Shown: piece by piece, positions 45,786 through 55,644 of the stretch
How the letters are laid out: every line of letters begins with the position of its first letter
Position numbering within the stretch: the stretch's first letter is position 1
Virus record (IMG/VR): IMGVR_UViG_3300044614_001780
From: a virus
Reading direction: 5' to 3' (one strand)
DNA: 64,000 nucleotides
Position numbers and translations under genes: made by a program
The notes under the pieces: generated by a model
The model's input: only the letters and a program-made list of their open reading frames with translations
Told to the model about the DNA's origin: nothing
Database searches by the model: none

Positions 45786-47060
45786 TTATCTTTGTTCAAT
45801 CCAATTCAATACTGCAAGTGCTGCTTTGTTAGTATTGGGACTTGCACAAGCAAGAGTATAAGTATCACTAATTGTTCCAATACCAGTTCTGCCCAACTGA
45901 ATTGCTGCTTTAGTATCAATCTCAATCAGTGCTGCACCACCACCAACAACAAATCCATTTAATAGAGGAGTTCCTCCAGTTACTGCAGTTTGGGTAATAT
46001 TGTATTGTATGAAAGAATTAGGATCTGGGTGATCCACCCAAGTTCCTCCAGTAAGTGTTGCGTTTTCAATGAGTTTCCAATAAACATTAGTATTATCATT
46101 CGTTGCTGCCTGCAATGATCTCAAAAGCATCACACCAGTTAAATTAGTACTCTTCAAACGAATACTTACAATTGGATAGAATGTATTTGCAGATGCCATC
46201 GTTGTTCCCGTGATGGGATTTGCAATACTCAAAAGAGTTCCAAGTTTTTCTGGTTCTCCTTCCTGAATCAGAGAATTAGAACCTTGATACATGTAATGAG
46301 TTCCTGCAACACCAGTTACATTCTCAATCTCAAGACGAATAGGAAGGAATGGAGTAGAACACCAAACTCTATCTTGAGTATTTGAGTTATAAAAGGTATG
46401 ACTCTTAACAGTTTCTCCTGCCATTAACCAAGAAAAATCTACGGTTCCTGCACCATACCACTCATAACTAATAGAAATCATTTGTTGTTTTGTTGGGTCT
46501 GCAGTTATACCAGTCCAACCATTACCATCAAATTTTTCACCATTCCATTCATCTCTACCAACTCTTATTTCTGTGGTAATTCCAGTTGTAGATGTGCGAA
46601 TTACATAAGAGTATGTTCCCCCATTATCCTCAAAGTATGCACCATTATAATCATCAAACAATCCAAATCTTCTACGAATACCTACCTTTGGTTGTTCTAA
46701 ACGAATTGCGAATGCAAGTGTTGCTGGTCTTCCAGGAATGTATCTCATTACATTCTTGGTCTGTCTGATGATTTTACTTCCTGCAGTAGAACCAACTTGC
46801 ATGATTACATTACTAGCAGAAACATTATGAGTTGCAGTTCCAACTCCAACAATTCTCTCATCCCAAACATCAGTCTCTTTACCATACTGGAAGGTATTAA
46901 AGAAAACTGTTTGGAACGGAGCAACTTTTAATCTGTTGTTATTAGAAAACTGAGGTCTCCAGTCTGTCTGGTTTCCCCAATGGTCTGCAATCTGAAAAAC
47001 TTCAAAAAGACTTCTTTCTTGATTTAGAAAGTCCTGAGTATTCTTATTCCACTGTGCCAT
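45786..47060 (-). CDS. Beta-rich probable virion protein, paralogous to a domain of the large protein at 59421+
   Basis: RQTKNVMRYIPG, YEWYGAG, LPIRLEIEN motifs shared with 59421..64000. Confidence 0.65.
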   Translation of the reverse strand: MAQWNKNTQDFLNQERSLFEVFQIADHWGNQTDWRPQFSNNNRLKVAPFQTVFFNTFQYGKETDVWDERIVGVGTATHNVSASNVIMQVGSTAGSKIIRQTKNVMRYIPGRPATLAFAIRLEQPKVGIRRRFGLFDDYNGAYFEDNGGTYSYVIRTSTTGITTEIRVGRDEWNGEKFDGNGWTGITADPTKQQMISISYEWYGAGTVDFSWLMAGETVKSHTFYNSNTQDRVWCSTPFLPIRLEIENVTGVAGTHYMYQGSNSLIQEGEPEKLGTLLSIANPITGTTMASANTFYPIVSIRLKSTNLTGVMLLRSLQAATNDNTNVYWKLIENATLTGGTWVDHPDPNSFIQYNITQTAVTGGTPLLNGFVVGGGAALIEIDTKAAIQLGRTGIGTISDTYTLACASPNTNKAALAVLNWIEQR

Positions 47061-47062
47061 TA

Positions 47063-47377
47063 CTAATCAGTCCAAGTTAATCTTTCTGGTTGATATCTTT
47101 GTGCTTTTCTTACTTTTAACGAATTCTCAGTTATTGGATAAATGTTATGAACAATTGCTCCAGGATACTCTCCTTGAAGTTGTTCTGCTAATTTATTTTT
47201 ATCTAACATCTTTCCTTCTACTTCCATTCGATATAGTTTTCCTTCCCAAACTACATCCGCAAGAAATGATTCACCAACTGGTTCTGATTGATTTTCAGAA
47301 CCGTTGATGTAAAGATTTCCATTGAAATCACCAGCAATATTAATAGATTCGGAAATAAATTGTCTGTATGATTTCAT
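47063..47377 (-). CDS. Small protein with capsid-targeting-like N-terminus
   Basis: MKSYRQFISES; WEGK...YPGAIV module shared with 54478..55620. Confidence 0.65.
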   Translation of the reverse strand: MKSYRQFISESINIAGDFNGNLYINGSENQSEPVGESFLADVVWEGKLYRMEVEGKMLDKNKLAEQLQGEYPGAIVHNIYPITENSLKVRKAQRYQPERLTWTD

Positions 47378-47386
47378 TTTAATAAC

Positions 47387-47554
47387 TCACTCCTCTTCCG
47401 TATCTGATTCTAAATCAAACATTCCCGATACAACGGCAGGTCTTACAGTCTCAATTTTTTCAACTGCTTTTTGCATTAAAAGTTCTTTAATTTTATCAGT
47501 AATTTCTGTTGGAGATTGCTCTGATGCAATCATATCGATTAAATTGTCACTCAT
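47387..47554 (-). CDS. Small acidic prohead core protein (gp67-position)
   Basis: Not in track; MSDNLIDMIASEQSPTEITDKIKELLMQKAVEKIETVRP...EEE; follows gp20 and a late promoter. Confidence 0.65.
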   Translation of the reverse strand: MSDNLIDMIASEQSPTEITDKIKELLMQKAVEKIETVRPAVVSGMFDLESDTEEE

Positions 47555-47579
47555 AGGATTAATTATAGACTTAAATTAT

Positions 47580-49250
47580 TTATATTTGTCCTGCTTCTGG
47601 TTCCATCACTGTGTTTCCCATAGCAGAACTTGCTGGTTGTTCAGGTTGAGGTGCCCCCATAGGTTGTTCTTGGGGGGCAGTCATTTCTTGCTGCATTGCA
47701 TTTGGATCTGGCAAGATACCTTTCTTTATTTCAGTTTTAATTTGCTTATCAATGTCAATAATATCTCCATCAGTCTGCTTCAAAATCTTAGTTCTAACAT
47801 ACTGAACCGAGAAGTATCTCCCAAGATAAGGTTCCATTGCTGCAACTACAGCAAGTTTATCATTCATCAACTCACTTTCTTTTAATTCAGCAAAGTGATT
47901 ATCGTAAAGGAAATCATATTGGATGTGATCTGAAAGAGTGTTCCAATCTTCTGGAGTTACTATGTTTTTGAGAATTAACTGAGTTCTTAAAATATCATTG
48001 AATAAGTTTGCAAACCTTTTTCTCAATCTTCCAACAAACTTTGTAAACCTTACCTCGTCCCTTAAAATTTCTGATGAACGACCTAAACTAAATCCACCAC
48101 TAGAATTGGTTCTTGTTTCTGGAACATTTAATGATCTGAATAATTTTTTCTGGAAGTATTCAATATCTGCAAGTTCTCCGAGATTTTGACCACCAGGAAG
48201 AGTGGTGATTTCAGTTCCTCTACCACCTTCACGACGGGGGAGCCAAAAATCTTCAAGCATTGCCATGTATTTTCTATCATCACGAATCTCTCCAGTATCT
48301 GCGTTATAGACAAGTTTATTTCTATAACGATTCATTACATCACGAAGATATTGCTCTGCCTTAATTTTTGGAAGATTGCCAACATCAATGTAAAAAATAC
48401 GACGTTCGGGAGCACGAGACAATCTGTAAATAACCAGAGAGTCCTCAATCATTCTTAATTGATTGAGTGCCTTGATTGCTTTATGTAAGTATGACAATAC
48501 AGTTTGTCTATTTCTATCGACTAATCCAGAGGTAATATAAGTTATTGAATCTTTCGATAGTCTTACCATTCTGGCATCATTTTTATATGCCCCTGATGCA
48601 CCTGGGTTTGAACCAGTTTGCAAAGCAGCATTTGGGTTATAAACGTAAAATTCATCTATCTCTGGATTGGTAAAATCAATACTATTATCTTTGTTTATAA
48701 TATTATTAAGTGTTCCAGTTAATGTCTGCTTGTCATTCTTTAATTTTCGTATTAAACGAATTTTTAATGGGTCAATATATCTTATATCTTTAATTCCTTC
48801 TGATGGTTTGGTTACATCGATTACTTTATGGTAATACAGTCTTCCATCAATATACCAATTCCTAAAAATTTCATGGGCTTTCTTATCGAAATCCATGACT
48901 TCTTTAATATATTTAAATTCTTCTCTAATTGCTTCTTTGAGTTTATCTGATGCAGGAAGATTTGAAAGTTCTATTTCTACGGGAGAATCATTCAAATCCG
49001 AAACAATTGCCTCATCTACAATATCTTCAATGGCACTATCACACTCTGGGTGAAGTGCCATTTCACGATATCTTCTTACTAAATCTTGCTCATTTTTATA
49101 TACACCTTCAATGTCTACATACTGACCATAAAATCCACTGGAAATATAATAATCAGATTTGTCTTCATCATTTTGAGGAACAGGGGAAAGAATCTTATCG
49201 GATTCATCTCTCCCCTTATCCTCAAATTTGTAACCAAATAATTTAGGCAT
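47580..49250 (-). CDS. gp20: Portal vertex protein
   Basis: YREMALHPE, WYIDGR, YRLSRAPERRIFYIDVGNLP, EDFWLPRREGGRGTEI. Confidence 0.98.
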   Translation of the reverse strand: MPKLFGYKFEDKGRDESDKILSPVPQNDEDKSDYYISSGFYGQYVDIEGVYKNEQDLVRRYREMALHPECDSAIEDIVDEAIVSDLNDSPVEIELSNLPASDKLKEAIREEFKYIKEVMDFDKKAHEIFRNWYIDGRLYYHKVIDVTKPSEGIKDIRYIDPLKIRLIRKLKNDKQTLTGTLNNIINKDNSIDFTNPEIDEFYVYNPNAALQTGSNPGASGAYKNDARMVRLSKDSITYITSGLVDRNRQTVLSYLHKAIKALNQLRMIEDSLVIYRLSRAPERRIFYIDVGNLPKIKAEQYLRDVMNRYRNKLVYNADTGEIRDDRKYMAMLEDFWLPRREGGRGTEITTLPGGQNLGELADIEYFQKKLFRSLNVPETRTNSSGGFSLGRSSEILRDEVRFTKFVGRLRKRFANLFNDILRTQLILKNIVTPEDWNTLSDHIQYDFLYDNHFAELKESELMNDKLAVVAAMEPYLGRYFSVQYVRTKILKQTDGDIIDIDKQIKTEIKKGILPDPNAMQQEMTAPQEQPMGAPQPEQPASSAMGNTVMEPEAGQI

Positions 49251-49287
49251 TTTTCAAAAAATAGACGTTTTTAGTATTTATATTACT

Positions 49288-49938
49288 TCAGAAGGTCTCT
49301 TGATTTCCTAAAATACTATCCTGAGATGAACCCTCCAATGAATCGTACCATTGAACTTGTAAGTCAACGGTAAATTCTTCAATAGAATCTGCACTATCAT
49401 ATGAAAGCTCAATTGCACTAACTGCTGTTGGGAAACAACCATAGAATCTATATGACTTCAAAACTGGAATAGCATCACTTGTTGACGGAAGTGTTCCAGC
49501 AGATGAACTTGGTGCAATAACTCCTCTTCCTAATTGGTGTACTTTCATTTCAGTCTGATATGCAGCAGGTGTAATGACACCAGCATTATCATCATGCCTA
49601 TTCATGAAGTTCATCCACTTCTCAAATGCATCTCTAATCTTAAAGTTAGTATCATTAATTACGGTGATTGACCATGGATCGAATGTTCTATCTCCAGCAA
49701 TTTTTAAATTTCTTCCTCTGAAAGGAATATCAATTACATTAATGTTTGATGCTGGAAGACTTGCTGCTTTGATCATAAATCTGTAATCATCGTCTGTTAC
49801 GATGCCGAGTCCTGCAGGAAAACTAAGTTCGCATTCAAAAAGATTCGGTCTTGCTCCACCACCAACTAATCTGGATTTGAAGTCACTTACTGTTCTTTGA
49901 GTGTAACTTGGTAAATTATTAGTGTTTGAATTTGACAT
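49288..49938 (-). CDS. gp19: Tail tube protein
   Basis: GGARPNLF, PFRGR.LKIAGDRTF..W.ITVIND, IEEFTV. Confidence 0.95.
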   Translation of the reverse strand: MSNSNTNNLPSYTQRTVSDFKSRLVGGGARPNLFECELSFPAGLGIVTDDDYRFMIKAASLPASNINVIDIPFRGRNLKIAGDRTFDPWSITVINDTNFKIRDAFEKWMNFMNRHDDNAGVITPAAYQTEMKVHQLGRGVIAPSSSAGTLPSTSDAIPVLKSYRFYGCFPTAVSAIELSYDSADSIEEFTVDLQVQWYDSLEGSSQDSILGNQETF

Positions 49939-49958
49939 TTTTAGATACCTCTATGAAA

Positions 49959-52343
49959 TTAAACAGTTCCGACTACTTCGGAGAAGCTGACGCCAGTGCG
50001 GGTGGCAACAAATGTCAAACCAATAAAGTTAATTGACCTTGCTGGTTTTACAAAAATGTCTGCTTTGAATTGGTTTGAGTCAATAACATCTGGAGTATTA
50101 TTTGACTCATCACAAATAACTACAAATTCTGATACTCCTCTCTTTGCTTTTACATCACGTAGGTAAGGCTCAACAATATTTACAAAGTTTGTTCTTGTGA
50201 TTAAATCATTAAATTCAAATAATTGTGCTCTTGCTGCCTTTTCAATTGCTTTTTCTAGAGTCAAGAATAAACGACGGACGTTAATTCTATCAAATGCAGA
50301 TGGATATCCAAGTGCAGTCTTATCACCGAATAAAATGATTCCAGAACCAGGGGAAGCAATCACTGGATTTACTCTCTTGGAGTAAAGAAGATCTCTTTGA
50401 GTTTGTGATGGATTATATGCTAACTTAATGGCATTATTTAAAGAACCTCTTACAGAACCTGCAGGAGAGAACCAAGGATAATTCAGATTTGATGTTCTTG
50501 CCATCAATCCAGCAATATCCGCATTTGTTGCAAGATATAAAAACTTATTATTAAATCTATCTAAAGTATACTTAAATCCAGTATCAAAAACTGCATATGA
50601 TGAAGAAGTTAATGGTTCAAAGAATTCAATTATCTTATTTGTTTGAGTTGTCGAATTTGATGATGTTACTACATCTTCCTTGTGTGGGGAAATGCAAGCA
50701 ATACAATCTTTTCTATCTTCTGCAATTGCAATCAATGCGTTTGCTTTTGCTTGAGATTCATAAATTGTAGTTCCGCCTGATGGACCTTGAATGAGGAAAT
50801 CAACCGCATATTCTGCTGGATTTTCAAATTTCTTATAAGCAGAAATAATAGATGATAGAGTTGCAGACATTCCACCAGAATTGGAATAGTCCAAACCAGA
50901 AGTTAACGTGTATGATTTGTTTCCAGCAACACTAAATTTGGTTGATTGGGCATTTGTTCCAACTGTACCAAGTTCCAAAGTAAATGCCTTAACATTTGTG
51001 CTATTTGGAATTAAGCTAGAAGATATATTTGTTCTAATAGCACCAGCATAAATGTTTTGGGAATTATTTGAAATATAATTTTTATAGTAAATTGCTTGAG
51101 ATGGACTAATCTTAGCATCTAGTGCTTTAGATAAGAAAGTATACTTTTCAATGATATTGACAGCAGTTCCAGTTAGTTTTCCACTGTCATCAACAACCAC
51201 AATATGGATGTGATCATTTTTTGAATTTCTTTCTAATGCATATTGTGATGTGGATGGTTTTGGTGCAATGGACTTCCAATAAATGGTTGCATTTGATAGA
51301 CCAAGTGTTTGTTGGTCATACCAATCCTGTGTTCCTAATCCAGTTGAGAATGATGCTGTAGTAATACCAGCAGAAGTAACAATATTTACATCTTGTGTAC
51401 TTGCAAATGAGTAACTATTTGTATCGTCTCCTGGATTCTTATATTCAATAGACTCCGATACATTACTGAGGTTTACTCTATCTGTAATCTTTACACTGAT
51501 TTGTTCTCTTCCAACTTGAGTGATTACACCTCTGATGAATCCTTCAAATGTATTTACAACACCGTTGCTAGCATACTGTGCAGAAACTCTTTGAGTTACA
51601 GCATAACCAACCTGAACATCAGTTGCTACGGTTACTGTATCTACTTGTGTGAAAGTAAATGAAGCACCAGTTTGAACTGAAGTATTTGTTGAATTGCTGC
51701 TAAGTGTTATTGAACTACTTCCTATTGATGCAATATTTGTCAGAGATGGGAAAAATGCAGTATCAATTCTATTTCCAACAACCAAAGAAGAGGTTGTTAT
51801 TCCAGTAATTAAATTTGTAGTGATGCCTAGATTTCCAGTTTTTGTTGCAACGTTGGTTACTACTGTAGTTTGCTTTGCAGTAGTTCCAATTCCAGTAATA
51901 ATTTGGTCGGCAAATGCATCAATTGTACAAATCTTTAGATTATTTGCCCAAGTTCCTGGTGTCTTTGCTGCATACTCCCAGTTTGTATCATTAATATTAT
52001 TGTTATTATAATCTTCGTCTGATTCTATCTTTAGTGATGTAAGTGAATCTGTATTTGCTGTATTAAGAGTTGGTCCATCTGCTCTAACAACCCTTAGAAC
52101 ACCACCATAGGACAAGAATGATGATGCCGATAACCAATACTCATTTTGCCCATCTGCTTCTAATGGTTTTCCGAAAACATTAAGCAAATCCTGCTCTGTT
52201 TCTACTAGCACTGGAATACCAATTGGTCCCTTTTCAAAAGGACCAGCAAATGCACCAACTTGGTCGGTAACTGCATCAATTCTGCCAACAGTTAAGTCAA
52301 CTTCTCTTATTTTTACCCCAGGTGATACTAAATTTAACGCCAT
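49959..52343 (-). CDS. gp18: Tail sheath protein
   Basis: SPGVKIREVDLT, PWFSPAG, FDRINVRRLF, KPARSINFI. Confidence 0.96.
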   Translation of the reverse strand: MALNLVSPGVKIREVDLTVGRIDAVTDQVGAFAGPFEKGPIGIPVLVETEQDLLNVFGKPLEADGQNEYWLSASSFLSYGGVLRVVRADGPTLNTANTDSLTSLKIESDEDYNNNNINDTNWEYAAKTPGTWANNLKICTIDAFADQIITGIGTTAKQTTVVTNVATKTGNLGITTNLITGITTSSLVVGNRIDTAFFPSLTNIASIGSSSITLSSNSTNTSVQTGASFTFTQVDTVTVATDVQVGYAVTQRVSAQYASNGVVNTFEGFIRGVITQVGREQISVKITDRVNLSNVSESIEYKNPGDDTNSYSFASTQDVNIVTSAGITTASFSTGLGTQDWYDQQTLGLSNATIYWKSIAPKPSTSQYALERNSKNDHIHIVVVDDSGKLTGTAVNIIEKYTFLSKALDAKISPSQAIYYKNYISNNSQNIYAGAIRTNISSSLIPNSTNVKAFTLELGTVGTNAQSTKFSVAGNKSYTLTSGLDYSNSGGMSATLSSIISAYKKFENPAEYAVDFLIQGPSGGTTIYESQAKANALIAIAEDRKDCIACISPHKEDVVTSSNSTTQTNKIIEFFEPLTSSSYAVFDTGFKYTLDRFNNKFLYLATNADIAGLMARTSNLNYPWFSPAGSVRGSLNNAIKLAYNPSQTQRDLLYSKRVNPVIASPGSGIILFGDKTALGYPSAFDRINVRRLFLTLEKAIEKAARAQLFEFNDLITRTNFVNIVEPYLRDVKAKRGVSEFVVICDESNNTPDVIDSNQFKADIFVKPARSINFIGLTFVATRTGVSFSEVVGTV

Positions 52344-52429
52344 TTGTTTCCCCTCTTAAAGAAGTTCATTTAGTCTAAAAGTATTTATTATTTGATAACT
52401 TTATATTGGGGAAACTGCCAGTGAACAAA

Positions 52430-52663
52430 TTACCAGTCTGGGTATTCCCATTTATCTGCTATTTTATGTGAGATTTTTCTATTTTCCTGTATTCTTTTTA
52501 TGGTACATGATTTGCATTCATAAGAATATGCGGATGGGATACTTCCTCTGCCTTTACGAGTCAAGTAAAAACCATCAATTAAATCTTTAGTTTCTTTGCA
52601 GACCCTACAAGTTCTTTCAGTTAAAAACAGATACTCTCGTTCAAACTGCTCTTCTATATCCAT
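52430..52663 (-). CDS. Small zinc-binding protein
   Basis: CRVC...ECKSC; TAATG coupling with gp17. Confidence 0.65.
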   Translation of the reverse strand: MDIEEQFEREYLFLTERTCRVCKETKDLIDGFYLTRKGRGSIPSAYSYECKSCTIKRIQENRKISHKIADKWEYPDW

Positions 52664-54315
52664 TATCTGTAATCCCACATGTATGCCATATCTCCATATT
52701 CATCAAGATGCCATCTATCTCCATCTTTATCTACAAAACTAGTTTCCATTTCTGTTAATCCATCAGATATAAAACCAAATGGGGACATATCCTGCTCAAT
52801 TTGATTTTTCTGCTCTTCATAAATTCTCTTACGAATATCATTATCGGTCATTTCCTTAAAATAAGGTTGAACGATTAGCCAAGAGAAAATAACCAGGCAC
52901 ATTGCAAGGTCATCATTGCAACCATCTTCTGCCTCGAATGATTGATTGCGTTGGATGAATGTGGTTAATTCACTGATAACATCATAATCTTTAATTATCA
53001 CCTTATCGTCTTCTACTATAGTCTTAAGGTTCGAACACCCAACCTTTTTGACATTCTTAGACATCTTCACACCAAGTTGAGATTTCTTTCCAGAAAATCC
53101 TTGACCAACTAATTGTCCTGCACGACCTCTCATCGCACACATTAAAAGATTGCTATATTCTAAATCAAAATGAAGCATATTGGAAACTTGTTCACCAATA
53201 TCATTCACTTCAACAAGAACATAAGAATAGTTGTATGCTCTTCCTACTTTATCAATAATTGAAGGGAATAGAATTGGTTTTATATCATTATCCCTATATT
53301 TTGCTACTAGTTTATATGGGAAAGAAGTAATATCAACAACAACAAAAGCAGAATAATCTTTTCCTGTTCCTCTAGCAACGTCAACTGTCATCATATAAGT
53401 ATGGTCTTTCTCTGGATGCTCGTAAACATCAAGACCTTTATTTGAAGTTAATGGGTCTTCATAGACCATTGAACGAAGTTTTGATGGTGCAATCAAAGTA
53501 TCAACTGAACCCAGGAATTCGCATTCAAACTCCTGAGTAAACTGACGTTCAGAAGTGTTCCTGATAGTTTCTTCTTTCCAGGCAGCATCTCTACCAGGAA
53601 CAGCACTCCAGTGAACTTCTAGTGGAATATAACCATTTCTTCCCCTCTCTGCATCATGCCAGAGTTTATAAAACATATTCATCCCGTTAGGGGTTGAAAT
53701 GATTATAACTTTAGTTGATTTACCAGAAGAAATGGTAGGATATACAGAACTAAAGAACTGTTCTGCAATGTGATTTGGAATGAACGCAAATTCGTCCAGG
53801 AAGATGATGTTGAATGAGTTTCCTCGAACAGCAGATGATGAGGTAGATGCTGCTACAATTTTGCTACCATTCTCAAGTTCGAGAGAACCTTTATTCCAAG
53901 AACCAACACCTTGCTGCAACCACTTTGGCAGGTTTTCATAAGAAAGTTGCAATCTTCCCAAAAGTTCTCTTGCAGTCTCTGCTTTGTTTGCGAGGATTGC
54001 AATTCTTATATTGTCATTAAACAAAGCATAGTGAAGCAAATAAGAAACCACTGTCGTAGATTTACCAGTCTGACGAGGTAGTTTTGCAATATTAAATCGA
54101 TTATTGTGGAAGTTTGAAATAAGTTCCTTCTGGAAATCATACATTTCAAAGGGAATCAAACCTTCATCAAGAGAAACAATCTTGACGTAGTTCATTGCAA
54201 AGTAAACTGGGTCTTCTTTGCATCTTAAATATTCTTGAATTTGGTCAGTTGAAAATTCAATCTGGACATTCTCTGCCTTGAGGTTTGGATTGCCCTTATA
54301 ATGTTTTTCCGTCAT
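52663..54315 (-). CDS. gp17: Terminase large subunit
   Basis: YKGNPNLK, PRQTGKST, FLDEFAF, STPNG, DVARG..DYS, NDDL. Confidence 0.97.
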   Translation of the reverse strand: MTEKHYKGNPNLKAENVQIEFSTDQIQEYLRCKEDPVYFAMNYVKIVSLDEGLIPFEMYDFQKELISNFHNNRFNIAKLPRQTGKSTTVVSYLLHYALFNDNIRIAILANKAETARELLGRLQLSYENLPKWLQQGVGSWNKGSLELENGSKIVAASTSSSAVRGNSFNIIFLDEFAFIPNHIAEQFFSSVYPTISSGKSTKVIIISTPNGMNMFYKLWHDAERGRNGYIPLEVHWSAVPGRDAAWKEETIRNTSERQFTQEFECEFLGSVDTLIAPSKLRSMVYEDPLTSNKGLDVYEHPEKDHTYMMTVDVARGTGKDYSAFVVVDITSFPYKLVAKYRDNDIKPILFPSIIDKVGRAYNYSYVLVEVNDIGEQVSNMLHFDLEYSNLLMCAMRGRAGQLVGQGFSGKKSQLGVKMSKNVKKVGCSNLKTIVEDDKVIIKDYDVISELTTFIQRNQSFEAEDGCNDDLAMCLVIFSWLIVQPYFKEMTDNDIRKRIYEEQKNQIEQDMSPFGFISDGLTEMETSFVDKDGDRWHLDEYGDMAYMWDYR

Positions 54316-54491
54316 AAATTATTAAAATTCAAACTTGCTAATGTTTCTTGATATTTTAAGTGAAGTTTTACATAAGATTTTGCGATATTTTTAAGGTCAT
54401 CTACATCATCACACGCATCGATTTCTCTTGCGATTCTTTCATACTCAAAGTTTTTGGTTAAATTCTCAAGAACAATTTTATTTGGGTCCAT
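54312..54491 (-). CDS. 59-aa helix-loop-helix protein, NblA-like candidate
   Basis: Not in track; MDPNKIVLENLTKNFEYERIAREIDACDDVDDLKNIAKSYVKLHLKYQETLASLNFNNL; ATGA overlap with gp17. ORF is well supported, NblA identity is tentative. Confidence 0.5.
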   Translation of the reverse strand: MDPNKIVLENLTKNFEYERIAREIDACDDVDDLKNIAKSYVKLHLKYQETLASLNFNNL

Positions 54492-55620
54492 TTAGGTCTC
54501 CAGTAAATAATAAAGGTTTTGTTGGGTCCTTTGTTGATGGATTGAAAGATAATACAATAGCACCTGGATATATCTTAGATACTTCGAAAGTTACCTGTTC
54601 CTTAGAAGGTCTTGTAAATTGTGGGAAGAACATTTGAACTCCCAGGTTCTTTCCTCTCCAGTTTAGCAGTATACTGTAAGTCGTGCCACGAGACTGTATC
54701 CTCGTATAGTTCTCAGTTACTGAACTTGACTTAAGTGGTTCTGGTTTAATTACATCAAAGAACTCATATTCAGTTGCTTTAAATTCTTCTCTCCAGTTGG
54801 AGTAATCATAAGATTCTTTTCTAGTCTTATTACCCCAGTTCTTGGCACCAACTTTGCGACACTTAACTAAAGCACCAGAGGCATATGCAGAGGGCCAAAC
54901 CTTATAACGAGACTTTACCTTTGAGTAACAAGCATCTTTTTCTTCTGTCATTTTATTTTGAGATGCTTGCTGCATGATGCGAGCATTTTTTGCACTTTTA
55001 AGAGTTACCTGTTTCTTTAAATCAGTTGCCAAGTCCGTTGCAAGTTTTTCGTATGCTGATTGTGATTTTGGCATATCCATCATCAATGGGTTGCTGCTTT
55101 CAGTGGCAATCATCTTTGCCTTGCCTTCTCTATCAGGATTTGGGTCCTGACGATTCTTACGTTCAAATGCCTTTTGCTCCTCATCATCGGAGAGGGATGC
55201 CTTCATTTTGCTGGAACCACACTTTGGTTTTGTGGTTTGTCCTGGTTGTTTGGCACAGGGTTTTCCCGCATATTTACCACCCAGTTGAACCCAACCAGGG
55301 GTGCCATCAGAAGAGCGACTCTTAGTAAACCAGTCACGCAAAGAATCATCACCACTTTTTGTTTCTTCATTAACTTTCTCTGCTTTTTTCAATCTTGTAT
55401 AATAATCTGGAAGTTCTTCCAAATGCTGAAGGGCAATCATCCTTGCCATTTTTTTGCTTCCAGTATGCTCCCCCTCAACCTTGATTCCCAATTTTAATTC
55501 TGGTTCTAAAGTATCAAGAGAGATTTTATGCTTCTTCGCAATCTCCTCTGGGGACATATACTTTTTGATAGGTCCCTTTGGGTCAGTTGCTTCTAGAAGA
55601 AATTGTGAAAAAGTTTTCAT
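54478..55620 (-). CDS. Modular protein with capsid-targeting-like N-terminus, putative internal head polyprotein
   Basis: MKTFSQFLLEA; modules GIKVEGEHT..HLEELPDYYTRL, SLRDWF..GWVQ..KPC, DACYSKVK..WPSAYASG, separated by xxE sites. Confidence 0.65.
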   Translation of the reverse strand: MKTFSQFLLEATDPKGPIKKYMSPEEIAKKHKISLDTLEPELKLGIKVEGEHTGSKKMARMIALQHLEELPDYYTRLKKAEKVNEETKSGDDSLRDWFTKSRSSDGTPGWVQLGGKYAGKPCAKQPGQTTKPKCGSSKMKASLSDDEEQKAFERKNRQDPNPDREGKAKMIATESSNPLMMDMPKSQSAYEKLATDLATDLKKQVTLKSAKNARIMQQASQNKMTEEKDACYSKVKSRYKVWPSAYASGALVKCRKVGAKNWGNKTRKESYDYSNWREEFKATEYEFFDVIKPEPLKSSSVTENYTRIQSRGTTYSILLNWRGKNLGVQMFFPQFTRPSKEQVTFEVSKIYPGAIVLSFNPSTKDPTKPLLFTGDLNGPK

Positions 55621-55644
55621 TCTTAAGAATAAGTTCTCTAATTA

